Source of the DNA: an uncultured Bacilli bacterium
Lineage (GTDB): Bacteria > Bacillota_I > Bacilli_A > RFN20 > CAG-449
Reading direction: 5' to 3'
Assembly (NCBI GenBank): GCA_947591215.1
Contig: CANQCZ010000002.1
Span: 6,819 to 70,818 of the forward strand
DNA length: 64,000 bases
Within the stretch, counting starts at the first letter, position 1; each line of letters starts with the position of its first letter. Position numbers and translations under genes: made by a program. The notes below the pieces were generated by a model. That model ran no database searches. It saw only the letters and a list, made by a program, of their open reading frames with translations, and was not told the DNA's origin. Positions 48,809 through 58,187 of this stretch are shown in pieces.

Positions 48809-49117
48809 TTATAAATTATATTTAATATAAATATTAACTACTTCTATAAGTATATTTAAATAATCTCTATCATACTCGTTAAAGTCAAAATTTAAAGCAT
48901 CATATTCAGCCAAATTTGATAGAAAAATTGAGAATTCTTTTATTTCATTTTGAACATCTTCTCTTTTTGCTTTTTTACCTTCTAGAAGCATCGTACACAA
49001 ATCAAAATCAACATGTTCTACATATAATATATTAACAGTAGGATCTTCTTTATACATCGATGGTATTCGCATTTTTTTAAATTTTTTTACAAGTAATTTT
49101 TCATCTTCTGTAAGCAT
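48809..49117 (-). CDS. Hypothetical protein; candidate (orphan) immunity protein
   Basis: 102 aa acidic cytoplasmic protein downstream of the RHS toxin tip; no recognisable motif. Confidence 0.3.
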   Translation of the reverse strand: MLTEDEKLLVKKFKKMRIPSMYKEDPTVNILYVEHVDFDLCTMLLEGKKAKREDVQNEIKEFSIFLSNLAEYDALNFDFNEYDRDYLNILIEVVNIYIKYNL

Positions 49118-49170
49118 TTGTATTACCTCCTATTTTTAATAGTCAAAAAATAGTATAAATTAGACTCCTA

Positions 49171-49365
49171 CTAGTTTCTATTAATTTTTTTCCTTTTCTT
49201 TTTTTCCTTTTCTTCTTTATAACATAATTTTACGATTGGATATATTATTATAATCATTAATGCTGATTCTAACCAGCTATACTTATTAGGTGGTGAAGGA
49301 TCATTATAATATCCGTATATAGTTGAAATTATATATATGATAATTATTTGTATTATTTCAATCAC
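49171..49365 (-). CDS. Small hydrophobic membrane protein; candidate immunity to a membrane-acting toxin
   Basis: 64 aa with two Ile-rich TM segments and a Lys-rich tail; lies in the RHS tip/immunity cluster. Confidence 0.25.
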   Translation of the reverse strand: MIEIIQIIIIYIISTIYGYYNDPSPPNKYSWLESALMIIIIYPIVKLCYKEEKEKKKRKKINRN

Positions 49366-49430
49366 AATTTTTTCCCCATTTTTAAAACCATCTTTTGTAT
49401 AATTGTTATAATTGCTAGTTGAATTATTTC

Positions 49431-49733
49431 TTATAATAAAAAGTCAATTATACTTATAAAATAGACTAAATCATCATATTTTTTAAACAATTCCTCATCA
49501 AATGTTTTGTTTTTTGTGGCTGAGAAATATAAACTGTCTGCTAGATTCTTTAATTCTTTTAGTTTTTCATCACTTAACTCAAAATCAAAGATATATGCAG
49601 GTTCTTTATCAAATCCCATTTTATATCCTGCATAATCAATAGTTGCAGTATCAACTATCCTATCATAATAAGATGGCAACCATTCTTTAACACCTTTTAA
49701 AAAATTTTCAAACAATCTTTTTTCTAATCTCAT
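49431..49733 (-). CDS. Hypothetical protein; candidate immunity protein
   Basis: 100 aa; context only. Confidence 0.3.
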   Translation of the reverse strand: MRLEKRLFENFLKGVKEWLPSYYDRIVDTATIDYAGYKMGFDKEPAYIFDFELSDEKLKELKNLADSLYFSATKNKTFDEELFKKYDDLVYFISIIDFLL

Positions 49734-49903
49734 TTATTAGACCCCCTTAAATAAAAAATGCCATATCCATCTATAATCGCTTGTTAATACTAATTTGTAA
49801 ATACCATTATTAAATTTGCCTTTAATTACAGATGACCCTTTAGCAGTAAACGAATAAAATAATCTACCATTTTCGCCAATGTCTTTGCTCATCTTTCCAT
49901 ATT

Positions 49904-50563
49904 TTATGATATTTTTTGAGTTAAAACAGAGTCAAAATATGGCCTACTATCATTTTTGTTAGAATAATAACTTTCTGGAAATTCTGCACTTCCTATATTC
50001 TTATAGGCTTGTATTCTAGGTGTGTTGTATTTGTACCATGCCCCACAAACAATACTACCAACAGTTGCAATAGTACCAGTAATTGATGCATAAGTATTAT
50101 ATGCGGACGAGTTGCCTCCAAATAATCCATCTTCCATGAAATTATAATCAAAAGCTAAATCTCCAACTTCTGCAACACCATTAATTGTAGTTAGCGCCCC
50201 TGCTCCTATTGTAATACCAGCAACTAATAACATAGGCCATGTAGCAACTCCACTAGCAACGACTAAAGCACCAGCAATAATAGCACCAATACCAGTAACT
50301 AAATATCCTACTCCTTGCCAGAAATAACTCCATTCCCAATCGTGTCCACTAGGATCTGCGTACATTATAGGATTATTATAACAATAACAATATAAATTTA
50401 AGCCATTAATAGATTTAGGGTCTAAATAATCAATTGAATCAGGTGTTAGCCATCTACATAGTTCTGGTGAATAATACCTAGAGTTGCAATAGAAGAGTCC
50501 TGTCTCAAATGATTTATATCGAGTATCCTCAACAAAGATTAACCTATAACAATTTAATTTCAT
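49904..50563 (-). CDS. Orphan RHS C-terminal fragment: end of the RHS core plus a glycine-zipper membrane toxin-like tip
   Basis: The RHS core terminal consensus is readable (RYYSPELCRWLTPDSIDYLDPKSINGLNLYCYCYNNPIMYADPSGH). It is followed by a Gly/Ala/Ile-rich hydrophobic segment (GIGAIIAGALVVASGVATWPMLLVAGITIGAGALTT). The ORF begins inside the core, so there is no N-terminal YD-repeat shell. Confidence 0.65.
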   Translation of the reverse strand: MKLNCYRLIFVEDTRYKSFETGLFYCNSRYYSPELCRWLTPDSIDYLDPKSINGLNLYCYCYNNPIMYADPSGHDWEWSYFWQGVGYLVTGIGAIIAGALVVASGVATWPMLLVAGITIGAGALTTINGVAEVGDLAFDYNFMEDGLFGGNSSAYNTYASITGTIATVGSIVCGAWYKYNTPRIQAYKNIGSAEFPESYYSNKNDSRPYFDSVLTQKIS

Positions 50564-50624
50564 TGTAAAATTAATTATTTAAAATTTTTTTCAAACTTAC
50601 ATTATTTTCTTGTGAAAATATTTA

Positions 50625-50876
50625 TTATTTTTTATTTAATATTTTTTCACATTGTGGACATAATCCATCTTCATTTAATGGTAAAGGCTTAAAATATTTT
50701 TTTATAAAATACACTTCCAATGATCCATCTACAGTTGTGATTTTTTCAGGCATGTTTGGCTTATATCCTTTTTCATGACAACATATACATTCGTTAATCC
50801 ATTTTTTAAATTTTGGAAAAGCATTGATATATTCTTCGCCTTCATTTCCGTTTCTTTTCATTACAATTTTCCCCAT
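50625..50876 (-). CDS. Small zinc-ribbon-like protein (CxxC...CxxC)
   Basis: 83 aa; CICCHEKG and CPQCEK Cys pairs. Confidence 0.3.
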   Translation of the reverse strand: MGKIVMKRNGNEGEEYINAFPKFKKWINECICCHEKGYKPNMPEKITTVDGSLEVYFIKKYFKPLPLNEDGLCPQCEKILNKK

Positions 50877-51129
50877 TTCTCTAAAATTTTTTTTAATAAA
50901 TTAATTAACTTTTTTAAATTATCATGAGTACTATAAGGATATTTATCAATTTCTTTATGCAATCTTTGCCATAAATTTCAATTTTTTATTGTCTAATGGT
51001 CTTATTTTTTTCTTCATTATAAAAATAATTGATTTTATTAGTAACAGCATTATTTGAATTAATCCAATCTTCCTCAAGAATAATATCACCATTAAAATAA
51101 TAATTTACATAAATTATTAGAATTTTCAA

Positions 51130-51400
51130 CAATCTTATATATTGCTATATGATCATCAAATTCATAAATATCATTAATAAAACATGGTTCTACTTTAATT
51201 AATCCTTCATTAGCTAATTCTTTAATTATCTTTTGTATTGTTCTATCACTAACTGCTAGTTTAGATGATAAATAATTAATTTTAATAGAAGTACTACTAT
51301 TATCAATGATATAATTTAGAACTATTTCTTTACGTTCACTAGGCGTAGATTTACGATAATGATAAACTGTTGTTCTTAAGGCTTATGATATACTTCAGGA
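51130..51400 (-). pseudogene. Frameshifted/disrupted remnant of a winged-HTH (DeoR/HTH_11-like) regulator
   Basis: The minus-strand frame reads ...YRKSTPSERKEIVLNYIIDNSSTSIKINYLSSKLAVSDRTIQKIIKELANEGLIKVEP... (classic wHTH) but has no start codon and stops upstream; no ORF of 60 aa or more was called here. Confidence 0.35.
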
Positions 51401-51456
51401 ATTACTATTCCATACTTACGATAGTTTTCGTTTTCTGATGTGTAGTACACACAACT

Positions 51457-53226
51457 CTAATCTTTGTCCACAACATTAAATAAACCATTTTTGCCAATCA
51501 AAACAACATTTTCAGAATTAGGTCTTCTTTTTCTTGAAACTTGTTGAACATATAAAAAGGTCGGCATTTGAAATGCTGTTCCTGATACAATACATTCACC
51601 TGGAGCCAATATAGTAATAAAATCCAATGACGCATCATCCATATATGCAACCGCCTTTCTGATTTTCGAAATGTCAGATGGATTAACTAGTTTATGTATA
51701 AAATAATTGTGTAGTTGAGAAATAATAGTTTGAGATATATCACTTGGTCTTTGACTAGCAATCATTAAAAATAACCCAAATTTTCTTCCTTCTTTTATTA
51801 CCTTTTCAAAAACATCTAAAACAGATTCGTGACTCAAAATATTTTTATTATCTTCATATAGAATATTATGAGCTTCATCTACCACAATGTTTATAATCTG
51901 TTTTATTTCTCCTTCTTCTTTTTTCTCAACCAATCTATTAAATATATTATTTGTTATTATAGATGGTACAATTTCTTTCATGTCTCTATTAACATTTCCA
52001 AGTTGCACTATACAAACGTTTTTGTCATCAAAAATATCCTTAAATTCTTCTGTGAAATCAAAAATTTTGCGGAAGTCATTAATTAATTTTCTAGCTCTAG
52101 CTATTAACGGCATCATAAAATCAAGATTTACGCCATTCTCATTTTCGTGTGCAACCGCAAAATATAACTCAAATAAAAATCTGTCCAAACTATCTTCAGG
52201 AAGAGTTATATCAATATTGTCTAACGCTTTTTCAAATTCACAACTTCCACAATAAAAAATTGTTCCGTTGCTATTTTTATAATGAATTTTAACTTGCTGT
52301 GAATGATAAAAAAATCCATCTAATCCAGTAAAATATTCATTTAGATATACCCTCATAGATTGAAATAAAGATTTTTTTGCATTTGTGATTATCAATTTTA
52401 AATAATTTAAATAATATTTTTTCCCGCGTCTTTCTTCTTCATCTTTTTTCATTTCTTTATAGGCATTTTTAACTACTGGGGCTTGAGTTTTTTGTGAAGC
52501 ATTCATTAGAACTATAAAATCATCTTCGCTTAAAGAATTCAAATTTAAAGGTATTTTCCTCAATGATGACTTTTTGCTTGTAGATAAAGGATAAATCGTT
52601 TTTTCAGTTTCTTCACAAATTGCTGATTTACCATACTCATTGTTTAAATCTAAAATCAAATATTTACCATTTTTGGTTTTATATTTATTCAACAAATTAG
52701 TATACTCCTGCAAAATTTTGGTTAAAGTATTTGATTTACCACTACCTGTATTTCCAAAAACACCAATATGAGACGGTATTAACTTATTAATTTCGATATT
52801 TATACCTTTATTTTCATCAAACAAATCATTTCCAATAAATATTGTGTTAGACGAACCTGAATTATAAATGTTTTCATAGTCATCTTTATCTAACAATTCT
52901 ATATTTGCAGACACAATTGGCAATATTCTAAGACCTTGTATGAATTTATTTTTATCCAAATAACCCTTCACTTGCAAATCCAAGAAATGAGATTGAACAT
53001 TACTACCAATCTCTTCGCTATATTCACCAACCACTTGGCAAATAATTGTATCTATTCCAATCTTGGTTTTGACAAATCCATTTATTTTAGGAGCAGATTC
53101 CCTCTTTCCATTTTCAACCAAATATGGAGGTAATAAATTAAAAAGCTTTGCTCTAACCTGAAGTCCTTTAACTTCAACTATTCTTCCAACGATTTTTCCC
53201 ATAACTCTTTCACCATATTTGAACAT
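51457..53226 (-). CDS. herA: HerA-family (DUF87, FtsK/HerA-type) ATPase, partner of SIR2 in a SIR2-HerA defense pair
   Basis: N-terminal HAS-barrel-like start (GKIVGRIVEVKGLQV), Walker A (GNTGSGKSNT), Walker B (IVVDEAHN), ASQRPSDI motif; overlaps the upstream SIR2 gene. Confidence 0.75.
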   Translation of the reverse strand: MFKYGERVMGKIVGRIVEVKGLQVRAKLFNLLPPYLVENGKRESAPKINGFVKTKIGIDTIICQVVGEYSEEIGSNVQSHFLDLQVKGYLDKNKFIQGLRILPIVSANIELLDKDDYENIYNSGSSNTIFIGNDLFDENKGINIEINKLIPSHIGVFGNTGSGKSNTLTKILQEYTNLLNKYKTKNGKYLILDLNNEYGKSAICEETEKTIYPLSTSKKSSLRKIPLNLNSLSEDDFIVLMNASQKTQAPVVKNAYKEMKKDEEERRGKKYYLNYLKLIITNAKKSLFQSMRVYLNEYFTGLDGFFYHSQQVKIHYKNSNGTIFYCGSCEFEKALDNIDITLPEDSLDRFLFELYFAVAHENENGVNLDFMMPLIARARKLINDFRKIFDFTEEFKDIFDDKNVCIVQLGNVNRDMKEIVPSIITNNIFNRLVEKKEEGEIKQIINIVVDEAHNILYEDNKNILSHESVLDVFEKVIKEGRKFGLFLMIASQRPSDISQTIISQLHNYFIHKLVNPSDISKIRKAVAYMDDASLDFITILAPGECIVSGTAFQMPTFLYVQQVSRKRRPNSENVVLIGKNGLFNVVDKD

Positions 53227-54053
53227 TCCAATGTAGTATCAATGCCTTCTTCGTTTTCTATAATTGTAATATTATCTACCATATTTTCGGGAATATAATC
53301 TTCTTTTTTAAATTTATACCAATAAATTGTTAATCCTGATGAAATACAATCTTTTAAAATTTTGTTAATATGTTCATCATTCCCTGAATATCCAATAACA
53401 ATAAGTACAGAATTTTCTCTAGACAATTTTTCTTTCATTTTAAATAATATCTCAAATCTATTTGCCATTATCATTGAGTCATACTTATTTATTCCTGGTA
53501 AAATAGGATTATTAATATCTCCATGCAATTTAGAAACTAAATACGTTGGCACAAATTTATTAAATAAGAAGTTATATCCAACCATATAAAAGAACTTATC
53601 GTGGTTTTTTATATTAGAAGATGAAATTGAATTACTTAAATATCCAAGATTTTCTAATACCTTTTCAACAATCATATCATAATTAAGTGTGTATATATTC
53701 ACTTGCTTAGTAGTTTTTGTTCTATTTTCAGATTCCTCTACTAACTTATTTATAATAAAAAAAAGTGATTCAATATTCTTAATTGATTTGTGATTGAAAT
53801 CTATTGTTTTAGAAAAATCATTAAACTCTTCCACAAACAAATCAAAAACTTGTTTTTTATCCTTGTCTGTTTTTAATTTATCTAGACCTTCTTCGAAATT
53901 TTGGAAAGGTTCTTTTAATAAATTCTTTAATAATTCTAATGATTTACTAAATTTATTAATTTGTGGAAAAGCAGCCCCATTAACCCCCGCACCAAATAAA
54001 AAATTAATGTGTGATGATGATAAGATTTTAGAATCAAATTTTACTGTATTCAT
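53178..54053 (-). CDS. SIR2-like (SIR2_2/DUF4020-type) NADase domain protein
   Basis: FLFGAGVNGAAFP (GAGxS-like Rossmann), YTLNYDMIVEKVLE (TxNYD-like), KLHGDINNP and VIGYSGNDEHI motifs are characteristic of defense-associated SIR2 domains; GAGGTG RBS. Confidence 0.65.
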   Translation of the reverse strand: MNTVKFDSKILSSSHINFLFGAGVNGAAFPQINKFSKSLELLKNLLKEPFQNFEEGLDKLKTDKDKKQVFDLFVEEFNDFSKTIDFNHKSIKNIESLFFIINKLVEESENRTKTTKQVNIYTLNYDMIVEKVLENLGYLSNSISSSNIKNHDKFFYMVGYNFLFNKFVPTYLVSKLHGDINNPILPGINKYDSMIMANRFEILFKMKEKLSRENSVLIVIGYSGNDEHINKILKDCISSGLTIYWYKFKKEDYIPENMVDNITIIENEEGIDTTLECSNMVKELWEKSLEE

Positions 54054-54074
54054 ACTATTACACCTCGAACTTCT

Positions 54075-56036
54075 TTAATAATTTGTAATCAACACTTCTC
54101 TAGTTACAGTTTCTTTATCCTTTATTTGGTAATTAGAATTGCTATAACTTGCTTTTATATAAATCAAATTAAAATGATTTTTATCAATCCATTGCTTTAA
54201 TTTTTCATGAACTTTACCTTTATGTTCGATGACATTAGACAACGCAAAAGGTATCCCTTCTTCATTTAATTTTTCTAAGAATTTTAATAACTTTCTTTCT
54301 TCTTTAATTGTCCATCCATTATTTTCGTTATATGAAGCTATTCCTAAATAATATGGTGGATCACAATAGAAAAACGGATTGTCTAAATTAGAATAATCTA
54401 TTTTATTAAAATCTTTATTTTGAAATAAAATAGTTTTATTTTTAATTTTTAGTACGAAATCTTTAATATTTTTTCTAGATGATGAATTGAAATCCCTCTT
54501 TCCTACAGGCATATTAAATTCACCGTTAGAGTTAAATCTAATTTGATTGTTAAATGAGAAAATTATTAATGTTAACAAAAGAAAATCTTTTTCTTCGCTT
54601 TCTCTTTTTAAAGAATTATATTCTTCTCTTAATTGAGTATACTTTTCCTTATTGTAACTGCCTACACCAGAATCACTTTCACAATTGTAATATTCATATC
54701 CATTTTCATAAGTGTTAGACAATTCATACTTTGCAATGTTTTTTTCGATTTTTTTAATAATTACCGAATAATCGTACTTGTAAAATAATTTTATTAATCT
54801 AGTAATCTCTTTTTGTTTATCGTTATAAACAATTATATCACATTCTACATTAGCACCAACATTAAATCCACCACCAAATAGGTCAATAAATGAATTGAAA
54901 TGTGTTGGAAATTTTTCTAATAATTGAGGCAATAATTTATATTTTCCACCAGTATAGTTTAAAGGTGATTTAGCATAACCATTTATTTTTTCTTCACTTT
55001 CATATTCTGTAGTTTGTTTACCTACAAAACATAGAAATAATCTTTCCTTATGATCTTCTATATCTGTTTTACCAGTATTAAATTGATTGAATTCTTTTTC
55101 AAACACTTTAACTTTGCCTTTTGCTAATAATATTCTCATGATGTCATCATCACTAATTTTAGCTTGTGATCTGCCAGCACCTTTAGTACCCATATTATTA
55201 TATGAAACTAAAATATATCTAGCATTGATATTATTAATTAAATCTTCAAATTGTTTAGGTGCTGTATGTGTACAATATTTACTTTTCAAATTACTTCTAT
55301 CCATTTTCTTAGCAACACCAAATACTTCTGGTTTTTCCCAAGAAGCAACATTTTCAAGCAAATGATAAGCATCACAATATTGTCGCGAATTATATGGTGG
55401 ATCAATATACACTAAGTCTGCAACAACTCTTCTAACTAATGAATTTGCATCTTCTCTGTAAATAATATTGTTTAAATTAACTTCTCTTGCTGGTAAGTCT
55501 AGTTCTTCTAAAACAAGGTCTTTATTTAAATCACCATTCATTCTATAAGCATCATAATGCCCTACAGTGTTTGCAATTCTATCCATTGCATATAAGAGAG
55601 ATGTTATTAAAATTGCTTTTTCTCTTTCATTTAATTCTCCATTATTAAATTGGTTTTCAATATTTTCTCTAATATATCCTATTTTTTTACAATTAAATTC
55701 ACTAAAAAAAGTATTAGAGAAATTATTTGAAAAATAATTGTCTTCTAATATTTCCAACTCATTATATCTTGTAATTAAACCACTAATTTTGCCTTCATCA
55801 ATCTCTTGACTACCAAACCACGCAATATAAGAAAGGTAATTAGACATTAAAATATCGTTAACCATTATTGTTGTATATTGATTATTAAAATTCCAAGCAA
55901 CATTACCTGTTCCACCAAACAAATCTAAAATGATATTTATATTTTCACATTCCTTATTTACTACCTCTGTAATAAATGATAATAACTTAGCTTTACTTCC
56001 TAAATATCTTCTGTTTTTTATATTGAATTTACTCAT
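54075..56036 (-). CDS. Tandem two-domain Dam-family (D12 class) N6-adenine DNA methyltransferase, Type IIS-style
   Basis: Two complete MTase modules in one polypeptide: module 1 RYLGSKAKLL / DLFGGTGNV / DPPY; module 2 NYTGGKYKLLPQL / DLFGGGFNVG / DPPY. Confidence 0.8.
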   Translation of the reverse strand: MSKFNIKNRRYLGSKAKLLSFITEVVNKECENINIILDLFGGTGNVAWNFNNQYTTIMVNDILMSNYLSYIAWFGSQEIDEGKISGLITRYNELEILEDNYFSNNFSNTFFSEFNCKKIGYIRENIENQFNNGELNEREKAILITSLLYAMDRIANTVGHYDAYRMNGDLNKDLVLEELDLPAREVNLNNIIYREDANSLVRRVVADLVYIDPPYNSRQYCDAYHLLENVASWEKPEVFGVAKKMDRSNLKSKYCTHTAPKQFEDLINNINARYILVSYNNMGTKGAGRSQAKISDDDIMRILLAKGKVKVFEKEFNQFNTGKTDIEDHKERLFLCFVGKQTTEYESEEKINGYAKSPLNYTGGKYKLLPQLLEKFPTHFNSFIDLFGGGFNVGANVECDIIVYNDKQKEITRLIKLFYKYDYSVIIKKIEKNIAKYELSNTYENGYEYYNCESDSGVGSYNKEKYTQLREEYNSLKRESEEKDFLLLTLIIFSFNNQIRFNSNGEFNMPVGKRDFNSSSRKNIKDFVLKIKNKTILFQNKDFNKIDYSNLDNPFFYCDPPYYLGIASYNENNGWTIKEERKLLKFLEKLNEEGIPFALSNVIEHKGKVHEKLKQWIDKNHFNLIYIKASYSNSNYQIKDKETVTREVLITNY

Positions 56037-56083
56037 TTAATTTTTCATTTCCTTTTTAGGCATCTCATGCATCTAATTATAAC

Positions 56084-56114
56084 AAAAAAAGCCTTATATT
56101 ACAACAATAAGGCT
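56084..56114 (-). terminator. Rho-independent terminator downstream of the putative restriction endonuclease gene
   Basis: GCCTTAT-loop-ATAAGGC hairpin with a T7 run on the minus strand. Confidence 0.45.
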
Positions 56115-56216
56115 AATTTAATTTTGGCCTCACTTTTGTTTTGAAACCCCATGATTTTGAAGAGTTTTTTTAAAACCCCACGCAACCCCACGCGTTTTCG
56201 AGGAGGACCTTAATTT

Positions 56217-58187
56217 TTATATTTTTTGTACTAGTGTATTGTTATACCAATCTAATCCAGTCTGAAGAGAATTATAGGCTTCATCAAAAATTGTATATAA
56301 TTCATCATAATTCTTTTTCTTTTCCACTATATCTTTAATTAAATCTACATCTACAGGAATTATTTTCAATCCTATATCTTCACCTCTGACATTAATTTGA
56401 TAATTTTTCATAACCCTAAACGTTTTTAGTGTTCGTTCTTCTAATTGTGAAGCTACAAATAATACGTAATCATATTTGTTGTTAGTTTTATTAACATGAT
56501 TTTCTAAATGTCTAGAAACTGGTTCCCATTCCATGTGTCGTTGCCCAGTAGATTCACTTAAAGTTGCTTCTAATAACATATCATGCTTAGGATATGAAAT
56601 TAATTTAGGATAGTTAAATACTAGATCAGCGTCTCCACCTGGAGCATGTGTTTTAGGCATGAAGTTAGCATCTAAAGTTAGATTCATATACTCTTCCAAT
56701 CTACCTATTCTTCCACTAACTTGATACCATATAATACCTAGAATGTATTCAAATATGGTAGATGGAGTAGCGTCATCAGTTACTAATTCTTTAATTCTAT
56801 TATCATTTCTAGTTTTAAAACAATCTAGTAATTCAAGAAGCACATCTTTTCCTAATTTTTCATCTATCATTTTAATAAAAGTATTATTTTTAATATCTTT
56901 TAAATATTCCTCTAATTTTCCAGGAACAATCGTTCCTCCATATTTAGTATTAATCGTATTAGTAATATCTGCTTCAGTTTTATTACATTCAGGATATATT
57001 TTATCTATTTCCAGATAATTAGTAAAATATTGTTCATAATTATCATTAGAAATCATAGGCTTAAACAACATTTTTTCTACAATATCATTGAAATAATACT
57101 CTGCAATTTCAACTAATTTAAATCTACCATTTTCATATTTAATAATATCTGTTAAATTGAAATAACGTTTATTTAAGTCATAATAGTCTTCTAATGTAGA
57201 TTTCCACTTCATTAAATGCCATGTTTTAAAGAAATAATCCTTAAACTCTTCTTCAGTGCTACATGAACAAATATTTAATTCATAAAAATATAATAAATAT
57301 TCTTGATTAAACTTTGTGTTTTTATAAAGTTTAAACATAGACTTCCAAGTAGAAGCTTGATTTGCGTTTATTTTCGAAAATGCATCTTTTAATTGTTTTA
57401 ACAACAATATTCTTTCATCATCATTTAAACTCACTCTATCTATAACTAAAGTTTTTAAAACATTATATACTTTAGCAAACGGTCTGTCGTACTTTCCACT
57501 TTTTCTATTCATACCTATCTGTTCCATTACAGATTCATCTATTACATCACTTGTCATCAATAAGTTATATGCTTCTTGATAATTATCCATAGACATCATT
57601 TTTTTAATAAGTAAATTATCAACAGAAATTTTTCCTCTTGCACTTAAAATATCCGCTGTTGTTTTTAATACATCGTTATTATTCATACAAGTAGGATATA
57701 AATAAGTAAATTCTTCTCTTGTCAAATATTCAAGTTTTGATAGCATATACAACAACACTACAAAAGGCCTTATTTGAATTGTATTATCATTAATTTGATA
57801 TTTTAAAAATTGCAAAAGATATACATAACTGTCCTTTGGAATTTCTAGTATGTTATCAGAACTAAAATCACCAGATAGCGATATTTTATTGATCAAATCA
57901 CCTATTGGTGTAATGTGCCTAGATTTTCTATAAACCAATCCGATATCAGCCAATCCAGATGTTTTTTCTCTTGCATCTTTATCTTTAATCGCATCATAAT
58001 CTTCAATAAAATCTTTAGAAACCAATAAATCAAAATATTTTGCTTGTAGTGTTTTATTCCATTCAATATCAGGATTTGAAGTAAATAATTCACTTAAATA
58101 TCTTAATTGACACTCGTTTTTATAGTTTAATTGATCAACTCTAAAACTTGTTGTTCCAATACTCCAACAATAGCTTTTAAATCCCAT
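56217..58187 (-). CDS. Putative Type IIS-like restriction endonuclease (partner of the tandem Dam MTase)
   Basis: 656 aa protein immediately upstream of the fused double MTase, a typical Type IIS organisation. The C-terminal region has acidic residues (GGDADLVFNYPK...EATLSES) that could form a nuclease site; the family assignment is uncertain. Confidence 0.4.
   Translation of the reverse strand: MGFKSYCWSIGTTSFRVDQLNYKNECQLRYLSELFTSNPDIEWNKTLQAKYFDLLVSKDFIEDYDAIKDKDAREKTSGLADIGLVYRKSRHITPIGDLINKISLSGDFSSDNILEIPKDSYVYLLQFLKYQINDNTIQIRPFVVLLYMLSKLEYLTREEFTYLYPTCMNNNDVLKTTADILSARGKISVDNLLIKKMMSMDNYQEAYNLLMTSDVIDESVMEQIGMNRKSGKYDRPFAKVYNVLKTLVIDRVSLNDDERILLLKQLKDAFSKINANQASTWKSMFKLYKNTKFNQEYLLYFYELNICSCSTEEEFKDYFFKTWHLMKWKSTLEDYYDLNKRYFNLTDIIKYENGRFKLVEIAEYYFNDIVEKMLFKPMISNDNYEQYFTNYLEIDKIYPECNKTEADITNTINTKYGGTIVPGKLEEYLKDIKNNTFIKMIDEKLGKDVLLELLDCFKTRNDNRIKELVTDDATPSTIFEYILGIIWYQVSGRIGRLEEYMNLTLDANFMPKTHAPGGDADLVFNYPKLISYPKHDMLLEATLSESTGQRHMEWEPVSRHLENHVNKTNNKYDYVLFVASQLEERTLKTFRVMKNYQINVRGEDIGLKIIPVDVDLIKDIVEKKKNYDELYTIFDEAYNSLQTGLDWYNNTLVQKI

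Noticed and set aside
51868-52255. Two plus-strand ORFs inside herA and others inside sir2/MTase/REase (53362-54078, 55087-55365, 56743-57018, 57902-58093)
   Set aside because: Antisense or out-of-frame shadows within long, motif-supported genes; Phe/Ile/Leu/Asn-rich, as expected for AT-rich reverse frames.
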